A stretch of 64,000 nt of DNA, taken from positions 192,001-256,000 of the forward strand of contig OY970176.1 of NCBI GenBank assembly GCA_963707955.1, written 5' to 3'. The translations under genes and the position numbers were made by a program. The DNA comes from Candidatus Bathyarchaeota archaeon. GTDB lineage: Archaea; Thermoproteota; Bathyarchaeia; Bathyarchaeales; Bathycorpusculaceae. The notes under the pieces were generated by a model. The model was not told the DNA's origin, ran no database searches, and saw only the letters and a list, made by a program, of their open reading frames with translations. Below, one piece after another: positions 1 through 10,563 of this stretch; position 1 is the first letter of the stretch, and each line of letters opens with the position of its first letter.

Positions 1-218
1 TCCCTGTATTCATAGGACTTGGCATTCTCTGCACCACAGACCTCAATATACATCCCCAACTTTGGAAGATAGAAGTCAGGAGTCCATACTCTCGGTCTTT
101 CCTTCTCATCATACACAAAGACAGGTGACTCATAGAGCCACCAAATGTCAAGCTCCCTCAAGTAATGAGCAACTAGTTTCTCTGACTCTTCCATATCAGC
201 ATAGACGGAGTCCTTCAT
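1..218 (-). CDS. PD-(D/E)xK-like nuclease-fold protein, runs off the window edge
   Basis: Not in the ORF track. Manual translation from ATG at 218 gives MKDSVYADMEESEKLVAHYLRELDIWWLYESPVFVYDEKERPRVWTPDFYLPKLGMYIEVCG, with an E...PDF.LP...IE pattern typical of restriction-endonuclease-fold proteins. Confidence 0.6.
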   Translation of the reverse strand, partial: MKDSVYADMEESEKLVAHYLRELDIWWLYESPVFVYDEKERPRVWTPDFYLPKLGMYIEVCGAENAKSYEYR

Positions 219-350
219 CTAGCTTACCTTCACAGTTTGGTTTCAAGAGTCGTCTGCTATTCAATTTAATAGTTATGAATTGAAGCTCTAGGTAGTCAGA
301 ACATTAAACGTGAAAGGTGAAACATACTATAGTGATTGTGTATGAATAGA

Positions 351-806
351 CTAATTAGCTCCTAACGCTTTCAAACACTCAATTGCCTTCTCGATTGTTT
401 CTTTTGCCTTGTCTTCGTTAATTGCGTCAGGGTGCGACAACTCATGAACTATCTCATTCCTCTCTTTGCATACTTCACCCATGAGGCTATGTGTGCGATG
501 ATCAATCAAGTCAAAGCCTTCAAGCATTGCCATAATTTTGGATAGATGCATGTTCTGGAGTTTCATAGGTTCAAGACGGATGCCTTTGGACTTGAAATAT
601 TCTTGAAGTTTACTGGTTCCGAAACGTTCGAAATACATCACAGACACAACCACTCCTTCAAGGAACCTCTTCTGAGCAATTATGTCACCCAGAAAACGAA
701 GAGGGCTGCGGACAAGGATTACATCGGCGCTTTCGCTAAAGCTCACACTGTCACTGACGACCTTTACATCTTCGGATGTTTTCGTCTTCTCGTTTTTCTC
801 AGCCAT
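351..806 (-). CDS. Hypothetical protein with HEPN-like Rx4H motif
   Basis: 151-aa helical ORF with RNEIVH near the C-terminus, followed by an amphipathic helix. Confidence 0.55.
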   Translation of the reverse strand: MAEKNEKTKTSEDVKVVSDSVSFSESADVILVRSPLRFLGDIIAQKRFLEGVVVSVMYFERFGTSKLQEYFKSKGIRLEPMKLQNMHLSKIMAMLEGFDLIDHRTHSLMGEVCKERNEIVHELSHPDAINEDKAKETIEKAIECLKALGAN

Positions 807-988
807 AGCAACAGATCATAACTTTGGCAATTTAAGGGTAATGAAAGATCGGGATCCACCTCGTGTCTCCATGAGAAACTAACTTAAAAGATCACGCTAG
901 AGAGTTGTTAAGGTAAATATTTAGGCACCATAACGTATTAAGGCAACGAGTCAAGAAAAACTATGATTCACGCGTTGAAGGGCTGAAC

Positions 989-1762
989 ATGGAGACTGTT
1001 GCTGTTAACGTCCAAGACCTTGTTGTCGCTTATGGTTCTTTCGTGGCGGTTGAAAACCTATCGTTCACCGTGAAGAACGGGGAAATCTATGGGCTGCTGG
1101 GTCCTAACGGTGCGGGCAAGACGAGCACGATCAAGGTTCTTGTGGGAGTTCTGGAGCCACGGGCGGGAAAAGTTGAGATCTACGATACGCCGATCTCGGA
1201 TGAAGTCGCTGCGAAGAGTAAAATCGGCTATGTCCCAGAAGAAGTTGTGCTTCTTGATTCGCTCACGCCTAGAGAGTTTTTCGAGTTTGTAGCTTCAATA
1301 AGACGCTTAGACAAGGAAACTGTCAACTCCAAACTTGAAAGGTTCATGTCCGCTTTTGAACTCAAGCAGTACTTTGACACTCCGATCGCGGCTTTGTCTA
1401 TGGGCAACAAGCAGAAGGTTGCTGTTGTCTCAGCCCTACTGCATGATCCGAAACTCCTGATCCTGGACGAACCTCTGATAGGCTTAGACGCTCGCTCTTC
1501 GAAGATTCTCAAAGAACTTGTAACCTTTCACGCCAAGAAAGGCGGAGCCGTCATATTCTCGACCCACATCATGGAAGTCGCGGAAAAACTGTGCACAAGA
1601 GTTGGAATAATAAACAAGGGCAAAATCGTCGGAGAAGGCACGGTTGCCGATCTCCGTAAACTTGTCAGAAGCGCAGAAGGCTCCTTAGAAGACATTTTCT
1701 TGAAAGTGACAGAGCAGGAAACCGGAATGCAGGACATACTAAAAGCCCTAGAAGAGGAGTAA
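989..1762 (+). CDS. ABC transporter ATP-binding protein (ABC-2 type)
   Basis: Walker A GPNGAGKT, signature LSMGNKQK, Walker B LLILDEP, H-loop STH. Confidence 0.95.
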   Translation: METVAVNVQDLVVAYGSFVAVENLSFTVKNGEIYGLLGPNGAGKTSTIKVLVGVLEPRAGKVEIYDTPISDEVAAKSKIGYVPEEVVLLDSLTPREFFEFVASIRRLDKETVNSKLERFMSAFELKQYFDTPIAALSMGNKQKVAVVSALLHDPKLLILDEPLIGLDARSSKILKELVTFHAKKGGAVIFSTHIMEVAEKLCTRVGIINKGKIVGEGTVADLRKLVRSAEGSLEDIFLKVTEQETGMQDILKALEEE

Positions 1763-1768
1763 AATGCA

Positions 1769-3407
1769 GTGAGATTCTCTGAGCTTTGGCGCTTATCGGG
1801 CAAAGCGTACAAAGAAGTCACGTTCCAATCCATCTTTTCCCTTCGTGCAGGCTCATCCCTGCCTCAAAGCGGCAAAAGAGACGTCAAACAACTCGTCTCT
1901 AGCGCCAGGATGAACGCTCTGATCAGTAAACTGGTCACGACGGTTTTCATCGCTATCTTCGCAGGAGTAGTGTTTCTTCCTCTAACAATCAGCGGCGTCG
2001 GTACAGCTTTGCCGAGAGACATAGCGGTTCAAGGCGGCGTCTCGGCTTTTCTTGCCATTGTACTCTTCTTGATAGTTTTTATGGGACTGCAGATGTCAAC
2101 GTCGTTTGTGTCCTCAAAAATTGTGGATATCCTCAGTCCTCTTCCGCTTTCAAAGAAGGACATCTCAAGAACCATATTTCTCTGTTTCATCAGAATCTTC
2201 GACATACCTCTAATTGCAGCAGCAATCATCTTTCTGTCCGTCTACTTCGTCATCGGCGGTCTCGATCCTAGGCGGCATAGTCTCTGTCGTAGGCATCGGG
2301 GTCACCGAGATCTTCGCCTTGGCTCTCACTACGGTTTCTGCACAATTTTTCTACCAGAGAGTCGCACGGGCAGGTGGCAAGTCGAAATGGAAGACCTTTC
2401 TGAGATTTGGGTTCATGCTCGTGTGGCTTCTGCCAACATTTGCAGCATACTTTATAGTGAACTTCGCGGGACAAATAGTTCAATCGTTTGCGTACCTTGC
2501 GCAGGGTTTCTCTTCGATTTCCAGGATCTTAGTTCTGGTTTACCCATTTTCCTACGGGTTTCTAGTTTCCTATGCAACCTCCCCCCATGGAGTTGACAAC
2601 ATAACTCTAGGTCTTTCGACTATCGCGTCAGTCGCATACGTGGTTGCTGCTTACTACTGTCTAAGGTGGGTGACGCAGACCGTAAGAAAAATCGGAGTCG
2701 GAGGATTTGCTGCAGGTCCAAGAGAAATCGTGAAGGACACGCTTATCAGACCTCAGATTCCATGGCTAGGAATCATTCGGAAGGACTTGAGAGTGGCCTC
2801 CAGAGCACCCTCATTCGCAAGTCTTTTTCTTTTGCCAGTTGTACAGACAGTTGTTGTGGCAATAACTTTCTCTTCATTCAGCGAGGTCGGGCCGAGCACT
2901 GCACTGGGGATTCTGATTGGAATATCAATGATCACGCTTCTGCTTCCACCAACTCTTCTTGCCATTGAGGGTTTAGCATCTTCCTACACAAGGCATCTTC
3001 CTATGAAGAAGAGGACAATGATAACGGCGAAAACCCTGTTGTCAACGGTCACTTACGTGATTTCTATGATAGTTCTTTCAATCGTCGCAGTCTTGTTGGG
3101 GAAAAGCTTCTTATTTGTCCTGACTTTGGGAATGATACACGCGTTCTCTGTTGCAGCGGCGATCATGCTAGAACTGACGATTTTGCTGAGGAAGTTCTGG
3201 AAAGAAGGCTTCGCCGTCGGCAACATCTACTCAAGAATTACTACTTACATCATGATCTTGATTCCCGGGTACATCGTGGCCGCAATACCGATAGTCGGCG
3301 CGTTTGCGGCCTATTTCCTTGCTCCACCCTTCTTTCTGCCAGTCTTTCTCGCTACCGCGGGGTCAGAGTTCGCGATCATGGTAGCGGTTGTCGTACGCGA
3401 AAAGTAG
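1769..3407 (+). CDS. ABC-2 type multi-pass permease, with one +1 frameshift near 2261
   Basis: Hydrophobic ORFs 1769..2596 and 2214..3407 join in frame if one base is removed in GGTCTCG. Lies directly after the ABC ATPase. Confidence 0.8.
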
Positions 3408-4398
3408 CGGAGGTTCTCATGTCCAAGTAGATCTGCGAGCAGCAAAACGAAGAGAAAGATGTTTTGCATCCTTGGCTCTCAGCGAATTCAACCGCCTCTT
3501 CAGTTGGAAACGCGATAGCGTCTACCCCCGCTTCTATGGCGAGGATCTCTGTTTCAGATCTATGCTTATCTTTAGACCGCATACAGCCAAGGACCAACGG
3601 AGTGTCAGGAAGCATCAACCTTGCAGCCGCAATCACTTTGGCTATGTCGATCGGTCCCGGAGGTTTGACGTTCTCCATCTCTGTTCCGCGTATGGGCATG
3701 AACGCGATTATGACTAGTGCTGAAGGGTTGAGCTCTGACACCATTTTCAAGGCATGCAGCTCGCCTTCTAGTTTTCCATAATGAAGCCCCACGATCACGT
3801 GCGGCACAAACTCGATTCCAGCTTCATGCAAAGCTTTCAAGGAATTTGCGTAATCTTTGACTGACGCCTCTAGATTGAAGATCTCCTTCAGGGTTTCGTT
3901 CGAACCAATAATGTCTAATAGAGCTGCATCAACTCCGACTTTCTTGAGTCCCTCAGCTGTCTTGAGGTCAATGACACCCGTGTGCACAAACACTGTTAAG
4001 CCCAGCTGATGCTTGATCTTTGCGATGGAGTCCACAAACCCTCCAAGAGGCACAGCGCCGTTGGGTAGGCATCCGCCACTTATCAAGCATCCCCTTGCTC
4101 CCTTTTCCTTCAATTGTGCACACAGTTCAAAGAGCGCGTCAGGCGAGGTGGCAGGGTACATCGTGTTCAGCACCGTTCCACCACAGTGTTTACACATCAA
4201 AGCGCACGCTTTACCGGTTATGGAGATCGTCGGAAAATCACTCGACGAAGAAGCATAATGACTTGTTTTATAGTACATGAAGCTCGGCGCGTAAAAGCGG
4301 ATTCTCTTGCGTCTAACGCCGCAAGCGTCCTTTTTCAGAACGTTCAAAAGCTCCGTTTCGTTCATGCGCCAGATGCTTTCAGCCGAGAGTCTGGTCAT
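3376..4398 (-). CDS. lipS1: Radical SAM protein, archaeal lipoyl synthase component LipS1
   Basis: CALMCKHC (Cx3Cx2C) plus the GCMR and C-terminal CC motifs described for Thermococcus LipS1. Confidence 0.8.
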   Translation of the reverse strand: MTRLSAESIWRMNETELLNVLKKDACGVRRKRIRFYAPSFMYYKTSHYASSSSDFPTISITGKACALMCKHCGGTVLNTMYPATSPDALFELCAQLKEKGARGCLISGGCLPNGAVPLGGFVDSIAKIKHQLGLTVFVHTGVIDLKTAEGLKKVGVDAALLDIIGSNETLKEIFNLEASVKDYANSLKALHEAGIEFVPHVIVGLHYGKLEGELHALKMVSELNPSALVIIAFMPIRGTEMENVKPPGPIDIAKVIAAARLMLPDTPLVLGCMRSKDKHRSETEILAIEAGVDAIAFPTEEAVEFAESQGCKTSFSSFCCSQIYLDMRTSATFRVRQPLP

Positions 4399-4444
4399 TG
4401 TTCTCGGTTAGGATTGTCCCATGACTCGCTTAATACTTTTCGTT

Positions 4445-4780
4445 TTACGGTGTTTCTTCTTTTTCCCTATAGTCCTTTGAAATCACCGGTAGGGTCTGCA
4501 TCGCTTCGTCTATTGCAGAAAGTGTGCTTGAGATCTTCTCAAGGTATCTGTTGAAATTCAGGGTCTTGAAAACCGCTACGCCTCTTTCTTTGATGGCGTA
4601 CAGCGTTTTCTTGGGCAAGGGTCGTTCCTCAACTAGCCCGTTTTCCGTCAAGAATTCCAAGCGACGATTGATAATCGTGCAGTCTATGGTGGTTTCGTAT
4701 GCTATCCTGTCGACTGTAAGAGGTTTCTTTATCAAGGCTTCTAGAATTGCCTCGTATGATTCCAGCTTTGATCTGTGCAT
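4445..4780 (-). CDS. Winged helix-turn-helix transcriptional regulator
   Basis: Archaeal wHTH pattern RSKLE..EAIL...L..L...GLVE...Y.I.ERG. Confidence 0.8.
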   Translation of the reverse strand: MHRSKLESYEAILEALIKKPLTVDRIAYETTIDCTIINRRLEFLTENGLVEERPLPKKTLYAIKERGVAVFKTLNFNRYLEKISSTLSAIDEAMQTLPVISKDYREKEETP

Positions 4781-4923
4781 GCTTGGGCACCCTTTCTGTG
4801 GGTCTTGTTTCGCTGCAGATAAATCGTTTATGAACCCTCAATCTTTAGCAGAAAGCAGCATGTTATCTTTTCAGTGTTTTCGTACATCCACTTATTGGTT
4901 CCCCAGAGACTTTTAGACGGGTT

Positions 4924-5418
4924 TCATGAAGTTGAGTCTGAGGCAGCAGTGTCAGCTGAGGCCTTGTTTTGTACAAATCTTCTGCCTGTTACCCTTCGTG
5001 GAGTTATCACGCAGATTCTTACGGCCTTCAGCTCGTTTTCCCTGTTCCTTCCTGGTTTGCTCATGTACTCGTCGAAGATCAATGGAACACGGTACTTGTC
5101 AATGAGCTTCTGAAGATAAGGTATCATTTTCTTCTTCTCATTGATGATTTCAGCAGTGCCAAGAATGATCACACTTTTAAACATCGTTACGTCGGACAAA
5201 GCTTCGTCGACCTCAAAGCAAACACTTGGGTTTCTTAGACCGTTCATTTTCAACCCTTTGTCGCACGTGTGAAAAAACACCTTCCCATTGCAATATCCAA
5301 AGCCAACTGGGACTACGTACGGTTCATCATCCACAATCATGCCAATTCTCCCAACTCGCGCGCAAGCGAGAAACTGCTCAATCTCTTCAGAAGTCATCTC
5401 CGCAGACATTTCAAGCAT
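4924..5418 (-). CDS. Pyridoxamine 5'-phosphate oxidase-like flavin-binding protein (NimA-like)
   Basis: VGRIG...PYVVPV...FH...G.K...NPSVCFEVD...SVI..G.A motifs. Confidence 0.85.
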   Translation of the reverse strand: MLEMSAEMTSEEIEQFLACARVGRIGMIVDDEPYVVPVGFGYCNGKVFFHTCDKGLKMNGLRNPSVCFEVDEALSDVTMFKSVIILGTAEIINEKKKMIPYLQKLIDKYRVPLIFDEYMSKPGRNRENELKAVRICVITPRRVTGRRFVQNKASADTAASDSTS

Positions 5419-5577
5419 GAACTCCTTCAGGGTTTTGAAGTGTACATGAAGACTTCACAGTTTATTTAAGCATGCCCTCGCGCAATTTTCGAATGAGAGG
5501 TTAGAAACTCTTTAATCTGACTCAAAACTTCTGCAAGTCTGTAAAACATCTCTTTCAAACCATTTAATGTCCATGCT

Positions 5578-6594
5578 GTGAGACATGTGAGCAAAAAAAC
5601 TCGCTTGCCAAGACAGATTCGTGTCTCCCTAGGTTCTGCAATAATCCTTGGACTGTTAAACGCGAGACTTGATGCTACCCCAACGACCATCTATCTTATG
5701 ACATACAGACGGGGCAAGTGTAGCGCAAATTGTGGCTTTTGTCCTCAAGCAAGGGAGAGCCGCGGCAGAACGGACATGCTCTCAAGGGTTTCATGGCCAG
5801 TCTACCCAACAAAACCTGTGCTGAACGGAATAGCCCGAGCCTACGAAAAAGCCGACATAAAACGTGTCTGCTTCCAAGCCCTGAACTATCCTGAAGTCTT
5901 CACACATCTAACGGCTTTGGTGAAAACGATCTTCGAACAAACTCACATGCTTATCTCAGTTTCGTGCCAGCCATCCAAGCGAGAAAACATAGCCCAGTTG
6001 GCTGATGCAGGAGCCGAAAGAATAGGCATACCCCTGGACGCGGCAGTCAAAAGTGTCTTCACGAGAATCAAAGGCTCCTCTGCCGGAGGCCCATACACTT
6101 GGGAGGGACAGTTCCAGCTGCTGGATGAAGCCTTGCGCACTTTTGGAAAAGGAAAGGTCAGCACACATCTGATCGTTGGACTTGGAGAAACCCAAAGGCA
6201 GATGATCAAAACGATGCAAGAGTGCGTGGATATGACAGTTCTTCCAGCGCTGTTTGCCTTCACCCCGATTCTTGGAACAAGGCTTGCCAGCCAGAAGAGG
6301 CCTCCGATTGAAGCATACAGGCGAATACAGGTTGCAAGGCACCTGATTTGGCATGGAACCGCCCGGTATGAAGATATGAGTTTTAATGAGCGGGGCGTGG
6401 TGGTTGATTTTGGAGTCGACGGGGAAACACTGATGAAGGTGATTGAAACAGGTGAGCCATTTCTCACGTCTGGATGTCCTGACTGCAACCGTCCATTTTA
6501 CAACGAGAAGCCCAGTGGTCCCATCTACAATTATCCAAGGAAATTGATGGAAGACGAGCTTTCATACATAGCTAAACAATTAGGTTTTTCATGA
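5578..6594 (+). CDS. lipS2: Radical SAM protein, archaeal lipoyl synthase component LipS2
   Basis: CSANCGFC plus TSGCPDCNRP, matching the TxGCPxC(N/D)RP motif of LipS2. Confidence 0.85.
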   Translation: MRHVSKKTRLPRQIRVSLGSAIILGLLNARLDATPTTIYLMTYRRGKCSANCGFCPQARESRGRTDMLSRVSWPVYPTKPVLNGIARAYEKADIKRVCFQALNYPEVFTHLTALVKTIFEQTHMLISVSCQPSKRENIAQLADAGAERIGIPLDAAVKSVFTRIKGSSAGGPYTWEGQFQLLDEALRTFGKGKVSTHLIVGLGETQRQMIKTMQECVDMTVLPALFAFTPILGTRLASQKRPPIEAYRRIQVARHLIWHGTARYEDMSFNERGVVVDFGVDGETLMKVIETGEPFLTSGCPDCNRPFYNEKPSGPIYNYPRKLMEDELSYIAKQLGFS

Positions 6595-6676
6595 GCGAAT
6601 GGTGATGTTTGCCGTGCTCCTCAAAACTATAGGGTCGAAAAATCTATGTGCAGGGTACACGTTTACGCACATCTGA

Positions 6677-7603
6677 ATGGCTGGTGAAAGTTTGGTTGAG
6701 GCCCCAGTCGAAGACAAGAGGATAACACTGAAAGAGGCGGTGAAGCTTGTTCCAGACGGCTCCCACCTTTTCTGGGGAGGCTTCGGTTTCCAGCGTCCGC
6801 CTATGGCTTTCGCTTATGAGCTTGTCAGGCAGAAAAAGAGGGATTTGACAATCTACACTTGCGGGTCAGAAATGGATATTGACATCCTGTCAGGCGCGCG
6901 GGTTGTCTCGCGCTATGAGCTGGCTTTCTACGCGATTGAAGGCATAGGTCTGGTTCCTAACATTCAGAGGAGAGTCCGTGAAGGTGCCATCGAAATAGAA
7001 GATTATTCAAACCTTGCGATGGTTCTGCGCTTCTTTGGCGGTGCGCTCGGAGTGCCTTTCATGCCGCTCAAAAGCATGCTGGCGACCGACATGCTTGCAA
7101 AAAAGAGGTTCAGGGATAAGAAGGCAGAAGTGATCAATTGTCCATTTACTGGAGAAAAAGTGGTCCTCGTCCCATCAGTTCGTCCAGACTTCAGCATAGT
7201 GCACGCTTCACGCGTTGACCGAGAAGGAAACGTGCAGATAGACGGAATCAGGGGCGAAGACGTGGAAGGGGCAAGGGCTGGAAAGAAGGTCATCGTTACG
7301 GCCGAAGAAATTGTGGACACTGAATTTATTCGATCTCAGCCTGACCAGACGGTTATCCCTAACATCTACGTTACTCATGTCGTTGAGTGCCCATGGGGCT
7401 CGCATCCGATGATGGTTTACAACTATTACGACTATGACATGGAGCATGTTCGCATGTACTATGACCAATGCAAGACAGAGGAAGGGTGGCAAAAATACTG
7501 TGAAGATTACATAACAAGCGTTGACGGTCACTATGAGTTCCTGCAGAAGATAGGCATCGAACGGCTGATGAAGCTCAGAGCGAAAAAGCCGTTCCCGTAC
7601 TAG
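6677..7603 (+). CDS. CoA-transferase subunit A (glutaconate CoA-transferase GctA-like)
   Basis: GGFG..RPP, EDYSN, GVPFMP, CPFTGE, H..RVD.EGNV and P.GSHP motifs. Confidence 0.9.
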   Translation: MAGESLVEAPVEDKRITLKEAVKLVPDGSHLFWGGFGFQRPPMAFAYELVRQKKRDLTIYTCGSEMDIDILSGARVVSRYELAFYAIEGIGLVPNIQRRVREGAIEIEDYSNLAMVLRFFGGALGVPFMPLKSMLATDMLAKKRFRDKKAEVINCPFTGEKVVLVPSVRPDFSIVHASRVDREGNVQIDGIRGEDVEGARAGKKVIVTAEEIVDTEFIRSQPDQTVIPNIYVTHVVECPWGSHPMMVYNYYDYDMEHVRMYYDQCKTEEGWQKYCEDYITSVDGHYEFLQKIGIERLMKLRAKKPFPY

Positions 7604-7620
7604 AAGGAGGAAGGAGAAAT

Positions 7621-8409
7621 ATGGCCAAAATCGCAAAACCGGGAGATTTCAACACTTTGGAACTCATGGCGGTCTGCGGCTCCAGACTGATAAAGAACGG
7701 TGAGGTCGTTTTCATAGGAACAGGCTTACCCATGATTGCAGCGTTGCTGGCAAAGAGAACGCACGCGCCCAGTGCAAGAATCGTTTTCGAGGCAGGATTC
7801 ATAGATTCAAACGCAAAGGACATAGCCTTGTCCATAGCTGACTCCAGACTAGGTTGGCGCGCGTCAGGAGCCATCGGTCTGTTCGAGACTCTCGGACTTA
7901 TGCTGCAGGGCGGACACGTTGACTTAGGGTTCGTGGGTGCGGCCCAGATCGACGAGTACGGAAACATAAACACAACCTACATTGGAAGCTTTGAAAAGCC
8001 ATCAGTCAGACTGCCCGGAAGTGGAGGAGGAAATGACATAGCGTCGTCAGCCAAGCGCACAGTGATTATAATGACGCATGAAAAAAGGAAAATGGTGAAA
8101 AAACTGGATTATCTCACGAGCCCAGGTTTCCTTGACGGACCTGGAGCCAGAGAAAAAGCTGGGTTACGCGGAGGTGGGCCATCACTTGTGGTCACAAACC
8201 TTTGTCAAATGGACTTTGACCCTAAAACAAAACGCGTAAGGTTGGCAACGGTGCATCCAGGCGTGACGGTTGAGCAGGTTCTTGACAACACGGGCTTTGA
8301 CCTGATCGTGCCGAAGGATGTGCTCACCACGGACCTGCCCACGTGCGAGGAGCTTGATCTTCTAAGAGCGATAGACCCCACTGGGATCTACATTCCAAGA
8401 ACTAAGTAG
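7621..8409 (+). CDS. CoA-transferase subunit B (GctB-like)
   Basis: FIGTGLP, catalytic FEAG, GAAQIDEYGNINTT, RLPGSGGGND. Confidence 0.9.
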   Translation: MAKIAKPGDFNTLELMAVCGSRLIKNGEVVFIGTGLPMIAALLAKRTHAPSARIVFEAGFIDSNAKDIALSIADSRLGWRASGAIGLFETLGLMLQGGHVDLGFVGAAQIDEYGNINTTYIGSFEKPSVRLPGSGGGNDIASSAKRTVIIMTHEKRKMVKKLDYLTSPGFLDGPGAREKAGLRGGGPSLVVTNLCQMDFDPKTKRVRLATVHPGVTVEQVLDNTGFDLIVPKDVLTTDLPTCEELDLLRAIDPTGIYIPRTK

Positions 8410-9727
8410 GTGCAGTTGCCAACGGTTGGACCAGCTTGGGTTTTTGCTTCGTGACCTGCTCAACTATCCGCCAAAACTCTTCTTCAGTCAGACCTTTTCT
8501 GAGTTCCTTCATCAGCTTTTTGACTTGGTAAAAAGTCATCTGCGCTTCGCCCTTGTCCAAGGACTCCTGGCTTGTTCTTATTCTTTTGACGATTTCTTGT
8601 ATCTGCATGGGCGTAGCATTGATCTCTGCCATCCTCAGTCGTTCTTCAACAACGCTCTTTCCAGTCTGTCTGCCCAAGTGGAACGTGGTTTCCCTTCCAA
8701 CTATCTCAGGCGGAAAAGGTTCGTAGATTATAGGGTTCGCAAGCATCGCCCCGAGGTTTTCGTTCATCTCGTAGGAGAAAGCGTTTTCCCCAATTATTGG
8801 CTTGTGAAATTGAATGGGCAAGGCAAAACTTTTCTCGACCAACTGTGATAGCCTGTTCAGCTTTCCCAGATCCACCTTGGTGTCAATGTCATAGAGTAGC
8901 TCTAAGGCTGTACAGACTTCTTCCAAGGGCGCACAGCCAGCTCTTTCGCCAAACCCTGCAACACAGGTGTGTACACAAGCAACGCCCTCTTCCACGGCTG
9001 CCAGGGTGTTTGCAGTTGCGAGGCCAAAATCGTTGTTGCAGTGGATGGAGAGTGGAATCTGCTTCTTGATAAGCTCTGACAGGCCGTCCCTGACGTGTGA
9101 TACTAGGTAATGCATAGACAAGGGTCTAAGGAAACCAACAGTGTCGGCGATCACTAGGCGGTCTGCACCTGCCCTTGCGGCTGCCTGAAAGATCTGCAGA
9201 ATGTCCTGCAGGGGCGTTCGCGAAGCATCCTCGAGGACAAAATCCACCTTTGCGCCGTGCTTCTTAGCGTACTCGATGCATTCAACAGTTTTCTCCAAGA
9301 CCTGCTCTTTGGTCTCCTTGAGTCTGTATTGAAGGTGTAGCCCGTTGAACGGTGTGAACAAGGAGAGTTCTCTTATCCCGCACTCAAGACACGCGTCTAT
9401 GTCGCTTTTAATGATCCGCGCCGAAGCAACAAGGGTTGCCTGCTGAAAACCTTCGTTCGCGATTCTCTTCACCGCATTCTTCTCTTCTTCAGAAAGCCCT
9501 GGAAAACCCACTGAGATAATGGACACGCCCACCTCGTCCATCATCTTGGCCAACTTTACTTTCTCAACGTAGGTCAAGAAAACCGCTAAGGCCTGAACAC
9601 CCTCTCTCAACGTCTCATCCCATATCAAGACGTCCTCAGGAAGTTTTGGCGGCAGATTCTTTCTCAGATGGTTGTAGTTTGTGATTAAGCCCTGAGCGTC
9701 AAGCTTCTTGAATATTGTCTTTCTCAT
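8402..9727 (-). CDS. DRE-TIM metallolyase (LeuA/homocitrate synthase family) with degenerate active-site motifs
   Basis: IWDETLREGVQ, ADTVG, HCNNDFGLA.AN, G.GERAG.A.LEE. No LeuA regulatory domain. Confidence 0.85.
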   Translation of the reverse strand: MRKTIFKKLDAQGLITNYNHLRKNLPPKLPEDVLIWDETLREGVQALAVFLTYVEKVKLAKMMDEVGVSIISVGFPGLSEEEKNAVKRIANEGFQQATLVASARIIKSDIDACLECGIRELSLFTPFNGLHLQYRLKETKEQVLEKTVECIEYAKKHGAKVDFVLEDASRTPLQDILQIFQAAARAGADRLVIADTVGFLRPLSMHYLVSHVRDGLSELIKKQIPLSIHCNNDFGLATANTLAAVEEGVACVHTCVAGFGERAGCAPLEEVCTALELLYDIDTKVDLGKLNRLSQLVEKSFALPIQFHKPIIGENAFSYEMNENLGAMLANPIIYEPFPPEIVGRETTFHLGRQTGKSVVEERLRMAEINATPMQIQEIVKRIRTSQESLDKGEAQMTFYQVKKLMKELRKGLTEEEFWRIVEQVTKQKPKLVQPLATAPT

Positions 9728-9942
9728 TCGCACACAATCCAAACAAGGTTAAACTTGGACTCATCTCCTATTCTGACAGTCGCTCATATAAGATTTGACG
9801 TGGGTAACTGAGGACAAAAGCAGGCCCTTCGCTATTGCGCGCGCAGGACTTGAACCCGTTTACGGTCTAATACTATGAGAGCGCGTTCTCATTCCTAGGA
9901 ACACGGCCCACTTTAATTCGAAGGACCACAAAATTCAAGCGT

Positions 9943-10378
9943 CTAGAAGCTAGGGAAGTAGTGTGCAGGTATAATTGAACCAAACAGGAAGCCTAGAATT
10001 ATGCTCAATATCCAAAACACGATTACAGAGAGCACCGCTATCCCGAGGCCACCGAGCCAGCCTGTCCCTGAAGCTTGCCTTAAAGACCCAGACCCAGGCT
10101 ATGAAAGCAAGAATCAAAGCAAACACGTACGCGATGCCCCCTATTATCGCCCCCAGAAAGAAATCCACCACGAACAGCGTTATAGCATAGACTATGGGCC
10201 CGAACAGCGTCGCAATCATAGCCTCGCCGAAAGTGGACCTCCCGCTCGTCACCACTTTTCCTGCCAAGTACGCGGGTATCGAGACAATTATCCACAGAAT
10301 GACCAAGCCGATGATTAAGACAACCAAGCTAAGCAAATTCGTCTGACTCAAAATCGAATCCAGAATCAAAACCATCAA
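9943..10378 (-). CDS. Small multi-pass membrane protein, +1 frameshift near 10067
   Basis: Hydrophobic ORF. Removing one G restores ...KASFRTGWLGGLGIAVLSVIVFWILSIILG... ending at TAG 9943. Confidence 0.7.
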
Positions 10379-10563
10379 AACTCCAACGCAACATCACTAA
10401 CGTACATTATTTTATAAACTTTCGCCGCGAACAGACACGCGCGCGCCAACACCTTTGAAAAATCGGCCAGAATCTCCTAAGTCGAGTCTCTTGATTTCTA
10501 ACACTAGGCGAAAGTTTAAAATTCGAATGGACTCTTAGCCAATACCACTCTCGGGGATGAAGT

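Noticed and set aside
9845-9861. T-loop-like GGACTTGAACCCGTTT, with a near copy at 60165-60180
   Set aside because: Only 16 bp with no acceptor stem or CCA. Too short to call a tRNA remnant or a repeat family.
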